Shown: piece by piece, positions 10,798 through 23,502 of the stretch
How positions within the stretch are numbered: position 1 is the stretch's first letter
How the letters are laid out: each line of letters starts with the position of its first letter
Origin: Dipteris shenzhenensis
Taxonomy: Eukaryota
Direction: 5' to 3' (one strand)
DNA: 64,000 nucleotides
NCBI GenBank assembly: GCA_047967505.1
Contig: CM106538.1
Notes under the pieces: model-generated
What the model saw: only the letters and a program-made list of their open reading frames with translations
What the model was told of the DNA's origin: nothing
Database searches by the model: none
Position numbers and translations under genes: made by a program

Positions 10798-12806
10798 ATG
10801 GCGGCCCCTTGCCCGGAACCGGAGGCCTAGACGGACCCTCCCTCTCCAGATGCCTACCGCGTCATTCTGACAGAGCAACAATCATCTCGGGTTCAGGAGG
10901 TTGCCAATGACTTTGCCCTTACCTCTGTTTATGGCAGAGTCATTGGACATTCCCCCTCCAGATCAGCCATCAGGGACTGGCTCCAGTCCACCCTCATGCT
11001 AGAGGACGGCCATATTGAGGAGGCGGCCCTTATGGGAAGGGGCATCTTCTGGCTCAAACTCTCCAATGCGAAAGCGGCGAGCAACCTGATTGCTGGCTCC
11101 CCCACGACTGTGGATGGAAAGATTGTCATGATAGTCCCGTGGTACCGCGGATTTAGCGCAGCGGATTTTGATGCTCGGTTCCGTATACCTCGTCATCCAG
11201 TGACGCTAGTTTTTCCAGGTCTTGCTGCTGAGCTACGGCCGATTGTCAGGGACCTGGGCTCCCACTTTGGCTGGGTTATGCACGATACCTTCGCTGATGC
11301 GGTGACTACGGCAGGAGCCCCCCGAGTCCGTGTGGCTGTGGCGGATCCTGCGACTCTCCCGACAGTGATCGGATTTCGTGACAGATGCCGGCAGCATCAC
11401 CCAGAGCATGGTAGTCACCGGACAGCCAGGGCAGTGTTTGAGGTGTCACGGCTTCGGGCACCTGGCGGCTGTTTGTCCACGCTTAGCCAGCTCTTCTCGA
11501 CTCCCCCCGCCCCCCCTCTCCGCCCCCTCCCCCCCCTCCGGGCAGCCACGCCAGGAGAAGCAGAGGCAGCCGGCCGGAGCCTGGACCAGAGTTAGCTGGC
11601 GGCTGGACTGAGGTTAGAAGGAAAAGCGGAAAGAACAAGAAGATTTCTGATAAAGGCAAAGAGGCTGAGGTTACCCAACCTACAGCTGCACCTCAGAGAC
11701 CTGACAGGCAGCCTCCCCAGGGATCTGGGAGAGCATCTTCTTCGACGGTAGCCCGCCCTCCACAGACTCAGGTCCCCCTCTCCTCCTCTCCCCAGCCTCT
11801 TCCCATTCAGCCCCAGGCCATCCCCCATCTGCACCCCATTTCTCCCGACCCGCAGCTTCAGCTCCCTCCTCGTCCTCCTCAGTCTTCTCCCCCTCCTTCT
11901 CAGCCCCAGTTCCAGATGCATCCCCATCCCTCCCCCCCCCCCCGCCTCTTTCAGCTCTCCCGCAGAGCTAGTTGCACCGACGGTTCCTCAGCCGAGGGCA
12001 GCCCCCGCTCCCCCTCCTCCTCCTCCACTAGTCGCCCCTGAGGAGTCTGTGTTGCCTATTCCCCAGCCTCCTCCCCCTCCCCCTCCGCTGGCAGGACACC
12101 CTGAGTCTGCACCTTCACCGGAGCAGGCTTCTCTGTCCGCTAGCCCCTCAGTAGCAGACTCCGACGGGCCTCAGCTTCAGGAGAGAGAGCTCCCTCGCGA
12201 CTTTTACAGATCTGGCCCCTGGGACTACTTGGATGTGGCCGACCTCGGGACTTTCCCTACTTGCCTCGACATCAGTATCTTCTTGCTCCGCAAAGGGGCG
12301 GATGGGAAGATAGCCGCCTTGGCCCCCAGGGATGGCCCTAGCTTTGCTTTCACGTTCCTTAGCGACGGCACCGAGACCTGGACAGACGACTCGGTCTGGG
12401 AGGCTCTCAGGGAGCAGACACATGCTTAGGTTTGCTCCTGGATAGGCCCGTCCGGTGGGCAGCTTCTCGAGACTCAGTGGTCCGAGGGTGACGTGCGCCT
12501 GCGGTGGCGTTGCGCCGCCAAACGCTTCAGACTGATTGTGATCCTCAAGCCTGGACCCCTCAGAAACTCCGCGCTTTCTACGGCATGACCACCTCAGAGA
12601 TCTGGAGTTGGCTCGAGAAAGCTTTCGTTCATGGTACCAAAGGCCTCTCGCCTTTGCTGAAGGTGTTGAAGGACGGGCAGGATGACCCCGCCTCCCCCTC
12701 CAAACCTTCCCATAAGCGTCAGCGCCTCCACTCCGAGATGTCAGCTTCTTCTTCGACTTCGACCGCGAGCAGACAGCTGTTCGCAGCCTCCCAGCCCTCA
12801 CCATGA
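10798..12806 (+). pseudogene. L1 copy 1 ORF1 (DUF4283-like region, CCHC zinc knuckle, Pro-rich region), disrupted
   Basis: Starts MAAPCPEPEA then a TAG (CAG in copy 2). Contains ALMGRGIFWLK..IVPWYRGF and CLRCHGFGHLAAVC. Has frameshifts. Confidence 0.85.
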
Positions 12807-15800
12807 GCCTACACCTCGTTTCCTGGAATGTGAACGGGTTTCACTCTTCTGGAACCCGCGGTCCTAGGAAGCTCATTTTGAGACAGGAACTTCAGCCAGC
12901 AGTGATAGGTCGTTTGGATGTACTTCTACTCCAGGAGCACAAGCTTTGTGCGGCTCACTCCTGCAGATGCGGGAAGATTCTCCCTGGACGTTCTCACACT
13001 TATTGGGAGCCCTCGATCGGCGCACTGGGGAGGAGTGGTGGTGTTTGTACCTCCGTGGGCGAGCAGCTAGCCCAGGGAGTTTTCGGTCATGGCACGCTGA
13101 TACCAGGCCGTGCCCTTTGGGTAGGCCTGGAACTGGAGGGATCCAGAGTTGGAGTCCTCAACATTTATGCTCCCACAGATCTCCGTTGTAGAGCCACCTT
13201 CTGGAGGACACTTACAGGGATTCTCCCAGACATGGATTCTTGGATTGTTGGAGGTGACTTCAACAATCTGGAGACCTTGGAGGACCAGCAGGGCAGAGGA
13301 CCGGAGTTTACAGGTATGTCTCAGGCAGAGCAGTCAGCTTGGGACTCTTTTATCTTTGCGACAGGAGGAAGGGACAGTTGGCGAGACCCGTCCTTGCGAC
13401 GCTGGCACGGGAGCTTGGACTTTTCGTGGGGCTTCCGCAGGGAAGGAGGTAGACTCCTGGAGAGGCTGGATAGATTTTATGTTAGTGATTGGGCCATCGG
13501 CAGAGGCGGTCAGGCGGGTATAGTTCCAGGGACGACACTGTCCGACCATGCGCGTGTGTTCTTATCATTAGATTCGGCAGCTCAGTCCCTTCTCCCCCGC
13601 TCATGCCGGATTCCTGACTCCATTTTCTCGAGGGAGGATGTGCGCAGCAGTATTTGCAGTCTTTGGGACAGAGACTGGGGCGAGTGCGTGGATCTGGTTG
13701 GCTCGGTGGTGCAGGCTTTGCAGGAGTCCAGCCAGATCTGCCAGCTCGCAACCCTACAGGTTCGACAGGATTGGTGGGGCAGAGAGAGAGCTCTTCGGAG
13801 GGACCTCGCCTCCATTCAGCGACTCCAGCAGGCTTCCCCGGGCTTGGAGGAGCTTCGGATCCAGGCCCTTCGAGCCAGAGCCCTTCTGGAGGAGACACTC
13901 CAGCGTCGCTCAGAGTTTTCCTATCACGCCTCTCTCTCCTTCTGGGCCCGGAAGGGTGACCGGATGTGCAGGGAGTTCTTCAGGACGCATGGCCAGAGAG
14001 CTGCAGGTGATCAGCTTCAGAGTCTCAGGACAGCGGATGGTCACATCATTACGGATCCGGGGGAGGTCTTGGGGTTGGCCACTGACTTCTACAGGACCCT
14101 CTTCCAGCAGGAGCCGCTTGCCCCCCTCGTACTCGACATGCCCGTGAGGAGGTGTGGAGGCACACTCCATCCCTGGTCCAGCCTAGCATGCAGGCGACGT
14201 TGTTGGCACCGTTCACCATGGATGAGATGTTGGAGGCCTTGATGGCCATCGACGGACAGAATTGCCCAGGTGAGGATGGGCTATCCCGGGCATTCTTCAC
14301 CTCCTTCTGGGACCAGATCCATCAGCCCCTCCTTGCAGCTCTGCAGAGGATTTTCAGCAGCGGTCAGATGCCAGAGAGCTTTTCCTCGGGACTGATTTGC
14401 CTCATCTTGAAGGGAGGAGATAGACAGGAGATCCGTCAGTGGCGCCCGATCACTCTCCTTACCACTGCCTACAAAATCCCTCGCCAAGATGATCAGCGCC
14501 AGAGTTCGGCCTCTACTCCCAGACCTCATCCATGACACTCAGACAGGATTTGTCCAGGATCGTAGTATCCTGGATAATGTCTTCACCTTTTCAGAGGCGG
14601 CGGAGTGGGCTCAGCACAGCGGATCACACCTTGCCATTCTACTTCTCGACTTTGAGAAGGCCTACGATCGAGTGGACTGGTCCTTTTTGGAGGGGACTCT
14701 GGAGCGGCTAGGTTTCCCTGCAGGTTGGATTCAGGGTATCTCAGCTTTGTACAGGACAGCTTCTAGCAGGGTCATCATTGGAGGCAGGATGGGTGAGCGC
14801 TTTAGCTTGGAGAGATCAGTGCGTTAGGGCTGCCCCCTTGCTCCTTACCTGTTTCTCTTCTTCGCCGAGGCTATGACTTACTACCTTCGGGCGAGGTCTA
14901 CAGGGATCAGGGGTGTTCGCCTTCCACTCCGGGAGGACACGGAGCTTTTGGACGGAGCTTTTAGACTCGGAGTACGCAGATGATACAGCCCTGTATGTCC
15001 AGGACGATGAGAGGATGCTAGAGAGGGTGCGGATGGCCCTGGAGGTCTTCTGCTCGGCCGCTGGTGCGAAAATCAACTGGAACAAATCAGTTGGTTTTCT
15101 CACAGACCCCGGGGCGTGTTCTCAGTGGGGGAGGTTTTTGGGTTTCAGATGGATCCCACGGGGACAGACAGCTAGATACCTTGGTTTTCAGGTTGGCCTA
15201 GACATCACGCCAGCTCAGCAGTTTCTCCCGGTGCTAGACTCCATCCGACGGAAGCTGGCTTTCTGGAGCACTGCTAAGCTTTCCCTTGCAGGTCGTGCCC
15301 TGGTAGTTAACCAGGTCCTCCTAGCCACGGCTTGGTATGTGGCTTCCTACTGGTGTTTCTCGAGATCCAGCGTGGCACAGCTCAGGAGGCTTGTTCGGAA
15401 CTTCCTTTGGTCCGGGGAGGATGGTCTCAGAGATACCAGAGCCAGGGTTGCTTGGCAGACAGTCATTCTTCCGCAGGCTGAGGGTGGCCTGGGGGTCATC
15501 GATCCAGAGCTTCAGAGTCAGGCCTTGTTAGGCAAGCTTGTCATCCGCGGTTTGACCCCGGGGGGGCAGACGTGGAAGATGTTACTTCAGCAGGGAGTCG
15601 GTTCTTGTGTCCCGCGCCGAGGTGGAGAGTGGCTACCGTCCCTCAGGTGGATCTTCACTTCCGCCCCGCTCACTCAGCCCTGTTCCCCACTCGTTCGTAG
15701 CCTCCTCATGGTTTGGAGGCGGCTCCGCCTCAGTCTCATTCAGTCCCCTCCTAGCTGTCAGGAGGAGATCGATCGCCAGCCGCTTATCTGGAACGGTCAG

Positions 15801-17210
15801 GTCAGAGATGCCGAGGGCCTTCAGTTGGGGGAGAGATCACATATCAGGTGGGATGGCTGGATGAGGGGGCCAGCCCGGTCCCTTCGAGTTTGGAGGGATA
15901 CGTACAGACATCTGGAGACGGTTGATCTTGCAGACGCAGCTGGAGGTGCACGTGGAGCCCAAGCGAGACGCACGGAGATCGACGGCGCCATCCCAGCTGA
16001 TTGGTTGGTTCCACCTGAGCCTCAGGTCCTCATGCCTGGTGACGCCCGCTGGCTGGGACAGTTCACCCCCCGTGGCATCCCACTGGTGATCGCAGGACGT
16101 ATGGATGACTCCTCTATCTCCTTCTTCGCGGTTTTTGGGGATGGACGACTCAGGAGAGAGGATGCGCTCATCGACCACCTACTCCCATGGCAGAGGGTTC
16201 GGGTCGTAGGCCTTTTGGGGAAGGTCTGGCGTACCGATCCTAGCATCGAGCAGGACTGGATGCACCTTTGGCGTCTCTGGCTCTGGGAGGGGCGGGCCTT
16301 GTCAGAGCTTGATTGGGACCCAGGAGAGTGGTGGTGGCCAGAGATTGTGACAGGACAGGGGCCGACCTCCTTCTTCGCCTACAGCACGACTCTGGGCAGG
16401 CGAGTTCTTGGGAGGATGCAGAGCCGCCCCCCCACCCAGCGGCCCAGCTGGTATGCACAGGGTATTTCCAGGTTCTTTTTGCAGGCATTCTGGAAGGCCT
16501 TGTGGGAGAGCTGGCGGCCGCGAAAGATCTCATACTTCCTGTGGCTTCTTGCCCACAAAGGTCTTCCAGTGGGGAGCTGGTTGCGGCAGATAGGCCAGGA
16601 CGGATGCTGCCAGATTTGCCATGAGGATGAGGAGTCACCAAAACACTGCCTGTGGAGCTGCACTCGCGCCCAGGAAGTGTGGAGGTGGACTTTCGGGATT
16701 CTTACTCGCGCAACACCAGAGCTAGGATTGATCACTTGGGGCGCGTTCTGTTGGTGCAGCACCGCACCTGGTCTTCATCACTTATTCGAGGCATGCCAGC
16801 AGGACCCCACTTTCCTTATCACACAGGGGACGTGGGGGCCGCTCGAGGGTATCCCGCAGCGCCTAGCAGAGGCTGATACAGGAGTTCGGGAGAGGCAGCT
16901 AGTCTGGGAGATTATTAGCAGCATTGCAGGGTGGCACATCTGGACCTCGCGCTGCGCGCAGATCCTCGGTGGCACCTCCTTATCGACTGCCCAGATCATG
17001 ACGGAGATTTGGAGTGAGATTATTCATACCCTCAGAGGCCAGTGGGACCAGATTCAGGGAGATTCCCGGGCCGGTCAGGAGAAGCGGAGACACTTCCTCC
17101 GGGCTTGGGACACACAGGGCCTATTCTTCGAGCAGACTTCGCAGGGCCTTCGGTGGCACTACTCACCACCCCGATGGCTGTTCATTCACACTCGTCTTAT
17201 CCCTCCGTGA
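12803..17210 (+). pseudogene. L1 copy 1 ORF2 (APE endonuclease, RT, zinc-binding C-terminus), disrupted
   Basis: SWNVNG, LLLQEHK, NIYAP, GGDFNN, RLDRFY, SDH, WRPITLL, LDFEKAYDRVDW, EYADD, CQICHEDEESPKHCLWSC. Several frameshifts and a TAG at 14825. Confidence 0.92.
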
Positions 17211-17335
17211 GAGTATGATTTATTCTGTTACCTTTTAGGACTGTGTCCGATTTGTGAACGCAGCCCGTCAGCTACAAGCTGACCTTTTGTATCTTGTTCT
17301 CGAAGTAATATAATTAGCACTGTTTTTTCGGCAAA

Positions 17336-19082
17336 ATATGCAACATAACCAAAAACTCTGAAGTGATCCAGTGAAGGCTTTCTCCCATGCCATGCCTCAT
17401 AGGGAGTGATTGTCTTCAAAGCCTTTGTGGGGGCCCGATTCAAAACATAATTTGCACACATGAGGCCTTCGAGCCAAAACGTGTGAGGCAACTTCTTACT
17501 AGTGAGCATTCATCTATCCATCTTCATAAGAGTGCGATTCTTGTGCTCAGCTTTGCCATTTTGTTGAGGTGTAAGCCTCACTGTAAGCTAATGCGTGATG
17601 CCTTTCTCCTTCAAAAATGCCTCAAACTCATGAGACATATACTCCCCCCCTCTATATGTGCGTAGTGTCTGCACCTTGAGTCCTGTCTCATTCTCAACCA
17701 TAGCGACGAAGTGTTTGAAATGCATAAACGCTTCTAATTTTGCCTTAAGACCATAGACCCAAGTATAATTGGTGAAGTCATCTATGAATACAACATAATA
17801 GAGATAACCACCAAAAGCAGGTGTCCTCATGGGACCGTAGACACCATTGTGTATGAGCTGTAATTTTCGAGTAGCTCTTACTGCACCATCCTTCTTAAAA
17901 GGAAATCTATGCATCTTGCCAAGGATGCATCCCTCACATGGATGAGGAGGAGGTGACTCCAAAGGAGGCAATGCATGAACCATAGCATGCTTTTGAAGTG
18001 TCATTAAGCTGTCATAGCTTATGTGCCCATACGTGGCATGCCATAACTCCGCATTCTGCATCGCAGCAGTGGAAGTGCTCACTGAAAGTGCAAGATCGGA
18101 TCTTTTCTCATATATGTTAAGCTGAAAAAGATCCTGATACAGATGCCCACAACATCATAGTCATTCTCTTTGTCTCGGACTGCTCACTTAGCATCATCGA
18201 ATATAACCTGAAATCCTCCTCTATTAAGAGAGGGCACTGAAAGCAAATTCTTCTTTATACCTGGCACATAAAGAACTTCTGTAATTCTGAAATCTGTGCC
18301 ATCCGTGGCTGTGAGGATGATGTCCTCCACTCCGCACATTGAATAAGAAGAATTATTTGCACCTATCACCTTCTTTTTAGTAGGTGGTGGATGCAGAGAT
18401 GCAAAAAGGCTCTTCTTAGAAGTGATGTGCTTAGAAGCACCACTATCAAAATACCAAGTGTTCAATGTCTCATTGACACTGAGAGAGCATGCATCCTTTG
18501 AAGGGTCATAACTGCAAGTCAAGAAAACATATGGGTCATCCTCAATAGTGGCTGTAGTATCTGAACACTGAAAAATCTGAAATGCAAGACAAAAAGTCAT
18601 AGTGCTCTTCCACAAAGTTGGCTGTAACATCCCCTCCATCATGTGCATTAGGAGCTGATGCATCTGACACAGCCATACCTGAATCCCTTTTCTTTTCTTT
18701 AGCTATGCGCTTCTTGCATTCACCAATGTCATGACTTGGCTTCTTACAGTAATGAAAAATGCCCTTCTTTTTCGACTTATCGGCATCACCTTTAGCCTTA
18801 TAAGAGGGCTGTCCTGAATCATCTTTATGCTGATGTGCGGGCTGATTGGCATGTTGCTTTTGCTGCCCTTTTCCTTTGGGCTTAAACTTAGAAAGCATGG
18901 CATGCTCGCCAGCCCGTGTTGCCATATTTCTTCTTGTCTGCTCTACCTGTAACAGAAGTCCTACCAACTCGTGAAAAGAGAGAGGATTGCTGCCCCCCCT
19001 CAATGACAAATTCAACGAGTTGTTGAAACCAAGATAGGACTCGGGAAGGGAATTCAGAGTGGTGGTAATCATCTTTGAATCT
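17336..19082 (-). pseudogene. Copia A gag C-terminus, protease and integrase core
   Basis: LNSLPESY, degenerate knuckle HYCKKPSHDIGEC, WYFDSGASKH, LWHATYGH..CEGCILGK, FIDDFT, RGGEY. Confidence 0.88.
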
Positions 19083-20466
19083 TGTAAACTACTCGGTGCT
19101 TTCTATCAATTTAGACAACGGATTTTGCAGAGGCGTTTGAATGAAATGATTGCGAGTTGCCAAACACATATACTTGAACTTAAGAGTTTGCAATTAAGCT
19201 GGAATTAAGACTTATACAGCTTAAACACAAAGTGACATCATTGGAAATTGCAATATGATTGAGGGGCCAAGACGGCCCTCCCCCCCTATCCAGGCTCACT
19301 TTATTCTTGAAAATGGAGATACAAGACCAAGGTGCAATGCACCTTCCAAACTGATGAACTCAGTGAAAACCTAGGACCTAGATACAAGACTCAAGAGCAT
19401 ATGTGCAAGGTAGACAACAAAAAGGAGGACTCTAAGCTCAGGTTTCAACTCTTGGCTTGCCCAATCCACAAGGAAGAAGCCTGCAACAATCACCACTTAC
19501 ATCCAACATTAGAGGCAAGCACTAGTTTCTAGAAAGATAGTAGAAACAACATGAAATAGTGCTGTAAATGAGATAAACTTGACAATACAGGCTCCCTTCG
19601 TGATTTGACTCTTTTGTAGATGAAGTCCTTGATGCCTCTGAAGGTACCTTGGGTGAGGAGAGTGTGGAAATGGGGCTGGAATGAGAACAGCTTAGAAAAA
19701 CAGCGTGTAGGCTAGAGAGAGAAAGCCTTTATGGAGTGATAGCTGTAGAGAGAGAGTGCCAATGCTGATCCCAAGGGAGGGGATGTAAGAGAGGAGCTGC
19801 TGCTGTTCCAGAGGTGCATAGAAAGGTAGATTTCCGCAAGGGGAATGGGCTGGAACAGTAGAGAGAGAAATTTTGAGAGAAAGATTGCAGTAGGAGAGAG
19901 AAAGGGGCTGTGGCTGCTCCAGGCTAGGAGAAGGAGAGAGGATGCTGCTGCTGTTCCAGAAGAGCTAAGAGAGGGCAGATTTCTGAAGAGGAAGGGCTGG
20001 AACTGTAGAGAGAGAATGTGCTGTTGTAGAGAGAGAATGTGTTGCTGAGGTGAGAGAATGGCCTGGGGAGAAGCTGGCCGCACCCAAGGAGCTGGAGAGG
20101 TTCTGCTGCATCAACCAAAAGGAGAGAGAAGAAAAGTGACAAATTTTTCATGTAGGGAATGAAGGGGAGAGGCCTTCTTTTATAGGCTCAGCCCCCCCCC
20201 CCAGGCTTAGAGTGGAAGGTGGACACTTGTCCCAGATTTTTGGTGGGCTGCAGTCCCAAAGAGGACAGCCCACAACCTGCCCCAAATCTACCAGATTTGG
20301 GGCCAGACACTTGGCCTGCATGCCCTGCCACTTGCCATGCATGCTGCCACATGTGTGGGACAGGTGGACTGACCTGCCAGCTCAGATTCCATGTGGCAGT
20401 CTGCCACGTGTCACTCCCAAAAATCCTAAAATTTCAAATTCTGATCGCACCCACGGGTTCCTAACA
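19083..20466 (-). mobile_element. Solo-LTR-like insertion (~1.4 kb) interrupting Copia A gag
   Basis: TG...CA termini (TGTAAAC...CCTAACA), minus-strand TATA (CCTATAAAAG, ~20177-20186), G-box-like CCACGTG motifs. No PBS or PPT, and no matching TSD. Confidence 0.65.
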
Positions 20467-20971
20467 GCTTGGACTATTTATTGACGTACTCTAAGGTCAT
20501 AATTGAGCCATACTGAGCTCATTTGTTTGTCGTCTTATCTTTCGTACACCTGTATGGTGCAGATGACGGAAACTGTACGGACGACGGAAGTAGAAAATGT
20601 GCCGATGACTATACGGCAGTTCACACGTGGTGCAATACGGCGCTCTGACAGCCAATGTACGGAACGCATGTACGGAAGCAGGTACGGAGACTTGTATGGC
20701 TGTTTCAGTACAAAATGCTGTATGGAAGGCAGCGCTGCAGGCGTACGGACCTAACAGCAGTACGGACGGCGGTGCTCTGAGATATGGAGTCCGTATGTTT
20801 GTAGGGACGATGACGGGACTGTATGGAATGGCACGTGCAGCTGGTATAGAATCCCTACAGTCGTACGGGATTGTACGGAATGGAGGTTAGAACGGAATGG
20901 TGAGCTGGAGCAGGAGGACGGGCAGTTGGGTAGTAGGAGCACTCGTAGGGACAACCTGCTCTGATACCAAA

Positions 20972-21425
20972 TGTGAGACAAAGATGAGCAATGAGCAAGA
21001 GTGAGAGAAAACGTAAGTGTACTGAATAACTGAATAGAATGAGCTAGTACAAAATGAGAGTGAGGGGTTTTGTCTAAGTGAAAAAACCCTATCCTATACA
21101 CTAATTGTAGTTAGGGATTGGATTGTGGTTAGGGGGAAAAACTTCTTCACTTACAAAATTCATTGCCACACTCCCTGCCCAGGCAATGATTTGATTTCAA
21201 GCACAAGATGAACTTTCATGAATGCCCACACTAGGCTTCCATCTTTCCCATCTATGTAGTGATTATCAAAGCTTGGCCCAAATCAATGTATACCTCTCAC
21301 GGTTTTCCTCTCAGACTCAGGATGAGAGAGACACACATCCCATCATGAGGAATAGGGAAAAGTGCCCCTAACCTACTTATTACAATACATTGGCCACTAC
21401 CTAGAATATAATAATAATTCTAACA
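20972..21425 (-). repeat. 5' LTR of Copia A (454 bp)
   Basis: TG...CA, next to the reverse complement of the tRNA-iMet PBS (gctctgatacca). Confidence 0.88.
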
Positions 21426-21884
21426 CAGATCAGTTCCCAGTACTAGCATGAAGCCTAGAGTTGTTACTAGCAATCCAAACGGGATCACACAACTCTCTTG
21501 CCAATCTTAGATGCCCACTGGACCACTGACGTGACCAAAGGAATAATTGATAGCATTTAAAACCAGCCTACAACCTTGAGACCCTGCATCTCTCTCTGAC
21601 AGCAACAACTGTGCATCTCCCTGCCTGTAGTGGCTCTCCAAAGCAGCTCACTGTTAAGAGCCATCTCTGAAAGTCATGTGTGAACTCTTAACCAGCCCGA
21701 AGCCACAAAACCAAGCTCATTCTCGAGCTAATGCATACCAGCAGAAGAGCATCTTCTCCACGCTGCCACGCTTGCAATAGACCGTACAATCCACGTTGAT
21801 AGGCAGATTTATAGGACCCCAATTTTGAACTATTAGTGATAGGAAGTACTCACGTTGCGTATATAGCTGTTTTTGCAAGAGGGT

Positions 21885-22330
21885 GATGGCTCAAGGTTTT
21901 CCTAAGTTTCATGGTTTACTTAATGAGGATTGTTCTCAATTCATTGAAGACGTGGAGTTCACAGTCCTACTGAAAGGCAAACATACCATGATTTCTATTG
22001 CAAATCCTACGCTATTTTCTGTGAGGTGAAGTGAGGATATGGTTTCAGAATTTTGTTCGATGTGTTGCAAACACAAAAGCGGGATGTTGAATACCAGGAG
22101 GTAAGAGCTTCTTTTTGGTACAATGTGCATGTAAAAGGGAGCCCAATCATATTTGGTAGGAGTTGTGTAACCACTAGCAAGCACCTAATCAGGAAGTGGA
22201 CTACTACCTAACCGCTTTGCTGAGTTGTGGCAGGAATGGAGGACTTCTTTGCATCTTGAAGCTCCACCCGAAGTATTGAAGATCGAGAGATTTGTTGCTG
22301 GGCTCATCCCGGTTCTCATCCTTATCATCC
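21885..22330 (+). pseudogene. Highly degenerate Gypsy-like gag remnant
   Basis: Fragments FPKFHG..NEDCSQFIEDVE and KIERFVAGL, broken by stops and frameshifts. Confidence 0.35.
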
Positions 22331-23502
22331 TTTGGAGACCTTGGAGTCATATTTAATTAGAAAGAATAAGCTCAACGTTGTGTAAGGTGAAAATATTGCC
22401 CACCTTGACCTCAACCAGTGGGAGTTGGATACTGGACACACCCCTACTCAAATCAACCCACAATTTATTGGAATTTGTAAGAGTGGACCAATGGCGCTGA
22501 TGACCTAATTTGTGGTTGGATTCGATGGAGTAAAATCTTCTTAGTCTCAACTTATGTAATGCGTAACCAGGTCCCAGGTGGCAAAATCAAAATAGAATAC
22601 ACAGAAGTCTTGTGGAATATCTAGAAGAACATTAGACCTCTGAGCATCTCAAAAGCATAAGGGAAACTCCCCAAATTGGTGGAGCAATTAAGGAGCCCGC
22701 TTTCCCGTGCAATTGCGAGTACCTTTGGAATTTCTTCGGTGACCACCATGTCACACCTCTAAGAGCGTAGACGGCTCATGACCTAGAATAAATGCTCAGT
22801 CTAGCCCAAGCCCCACAACGTGTGCACAATTGCTATCACTATAGTTGGTGCTGCGAGACTTGAAGCTACGACTCCACACTTTTTTGTGAAAGCCTTGAAC
22901 CATCCCTTTGGCCACCAAAAAACTGTACTTTAATAGATTCTCTATCAAGCAAGGTGTTTTGCATTTTTCAGAATAGCAAAGTATGTATGGCAACCAAGAA
23001 GTCAAGTGTAACACACTAACTATTCCTACTGTAGATCACGGGAGCAGCACCATGGATATCCTCCCAGCCAACCTTGCTGAAGCTAACGAGCAGACAGAGA
23101 ATTCCGATAAAAAAAACTACGTGAAAATCCAACTTCTCTTCTCTCTAGCCTCAACAAGCCCCATCTCCCTAGATGGATCTAGATGCCACATGTCATCCAT
23201 ATAGGGCCTTCCTAACGCAACATTTCACCCCTCTCTTGGGATGCATTAAATCCTTTGCCCCTAGGCACATTCTTTGCATTAGGCCCTTAGCCTTAGATCC
23301 ACCTAGTCTGGTGCTATCAACCCTCACCGAGGACCTTGACATTAATTCCCTCCCTCACCCAGGACCTTGACATTAATTCCCTCCCGATCATTTACATGAA
23401 GCGCAAACAAATATATTACAAAGATAGATCCTTTAAGGGAAATGTCGACTGATTCTTCCGAGGTCATGCTACCTCGGCTAGAGTGTAACATTCCTTCCCT
23501 CT

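Larger units (their letters stand above)
9990..17335 (+). mobile_element. L1/Tx1-type LINE copy 1, near full length, inserted in the Copia A integrase
   Basis: 16-bp TSD ATATGCAACATAACCA at 9974-9989 and 17336-17351. C-rich 5' UTR, ORF1 and ORF2, short A tail. Confidence 0.92.
7631..21425 (-). mobile_element. Ty1/Copia LTR retrotransposon A (degenerate, probably chimeric; hosts an L1 and a solo LTR)
   Basis: Related LTRs at 7631-7880 and 20972-21425 (TGTGAGACAA...TTCTAACA). PBS-Met at 20958-20969 and PPT at 7881-7887, both on the minus strand. Order gag-PR-INT-RT-RH. Flanks CTAGT and CAGAT do not match. Confidence 0.9.

Noticed and set aside
9847-10910. Pro-rich (extensin-like) and Gly-rich ORFs in all frames
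   Set aside because: By-products of the stop-poor C-rich L1 5' UTR. The same applies to 51755-52439.
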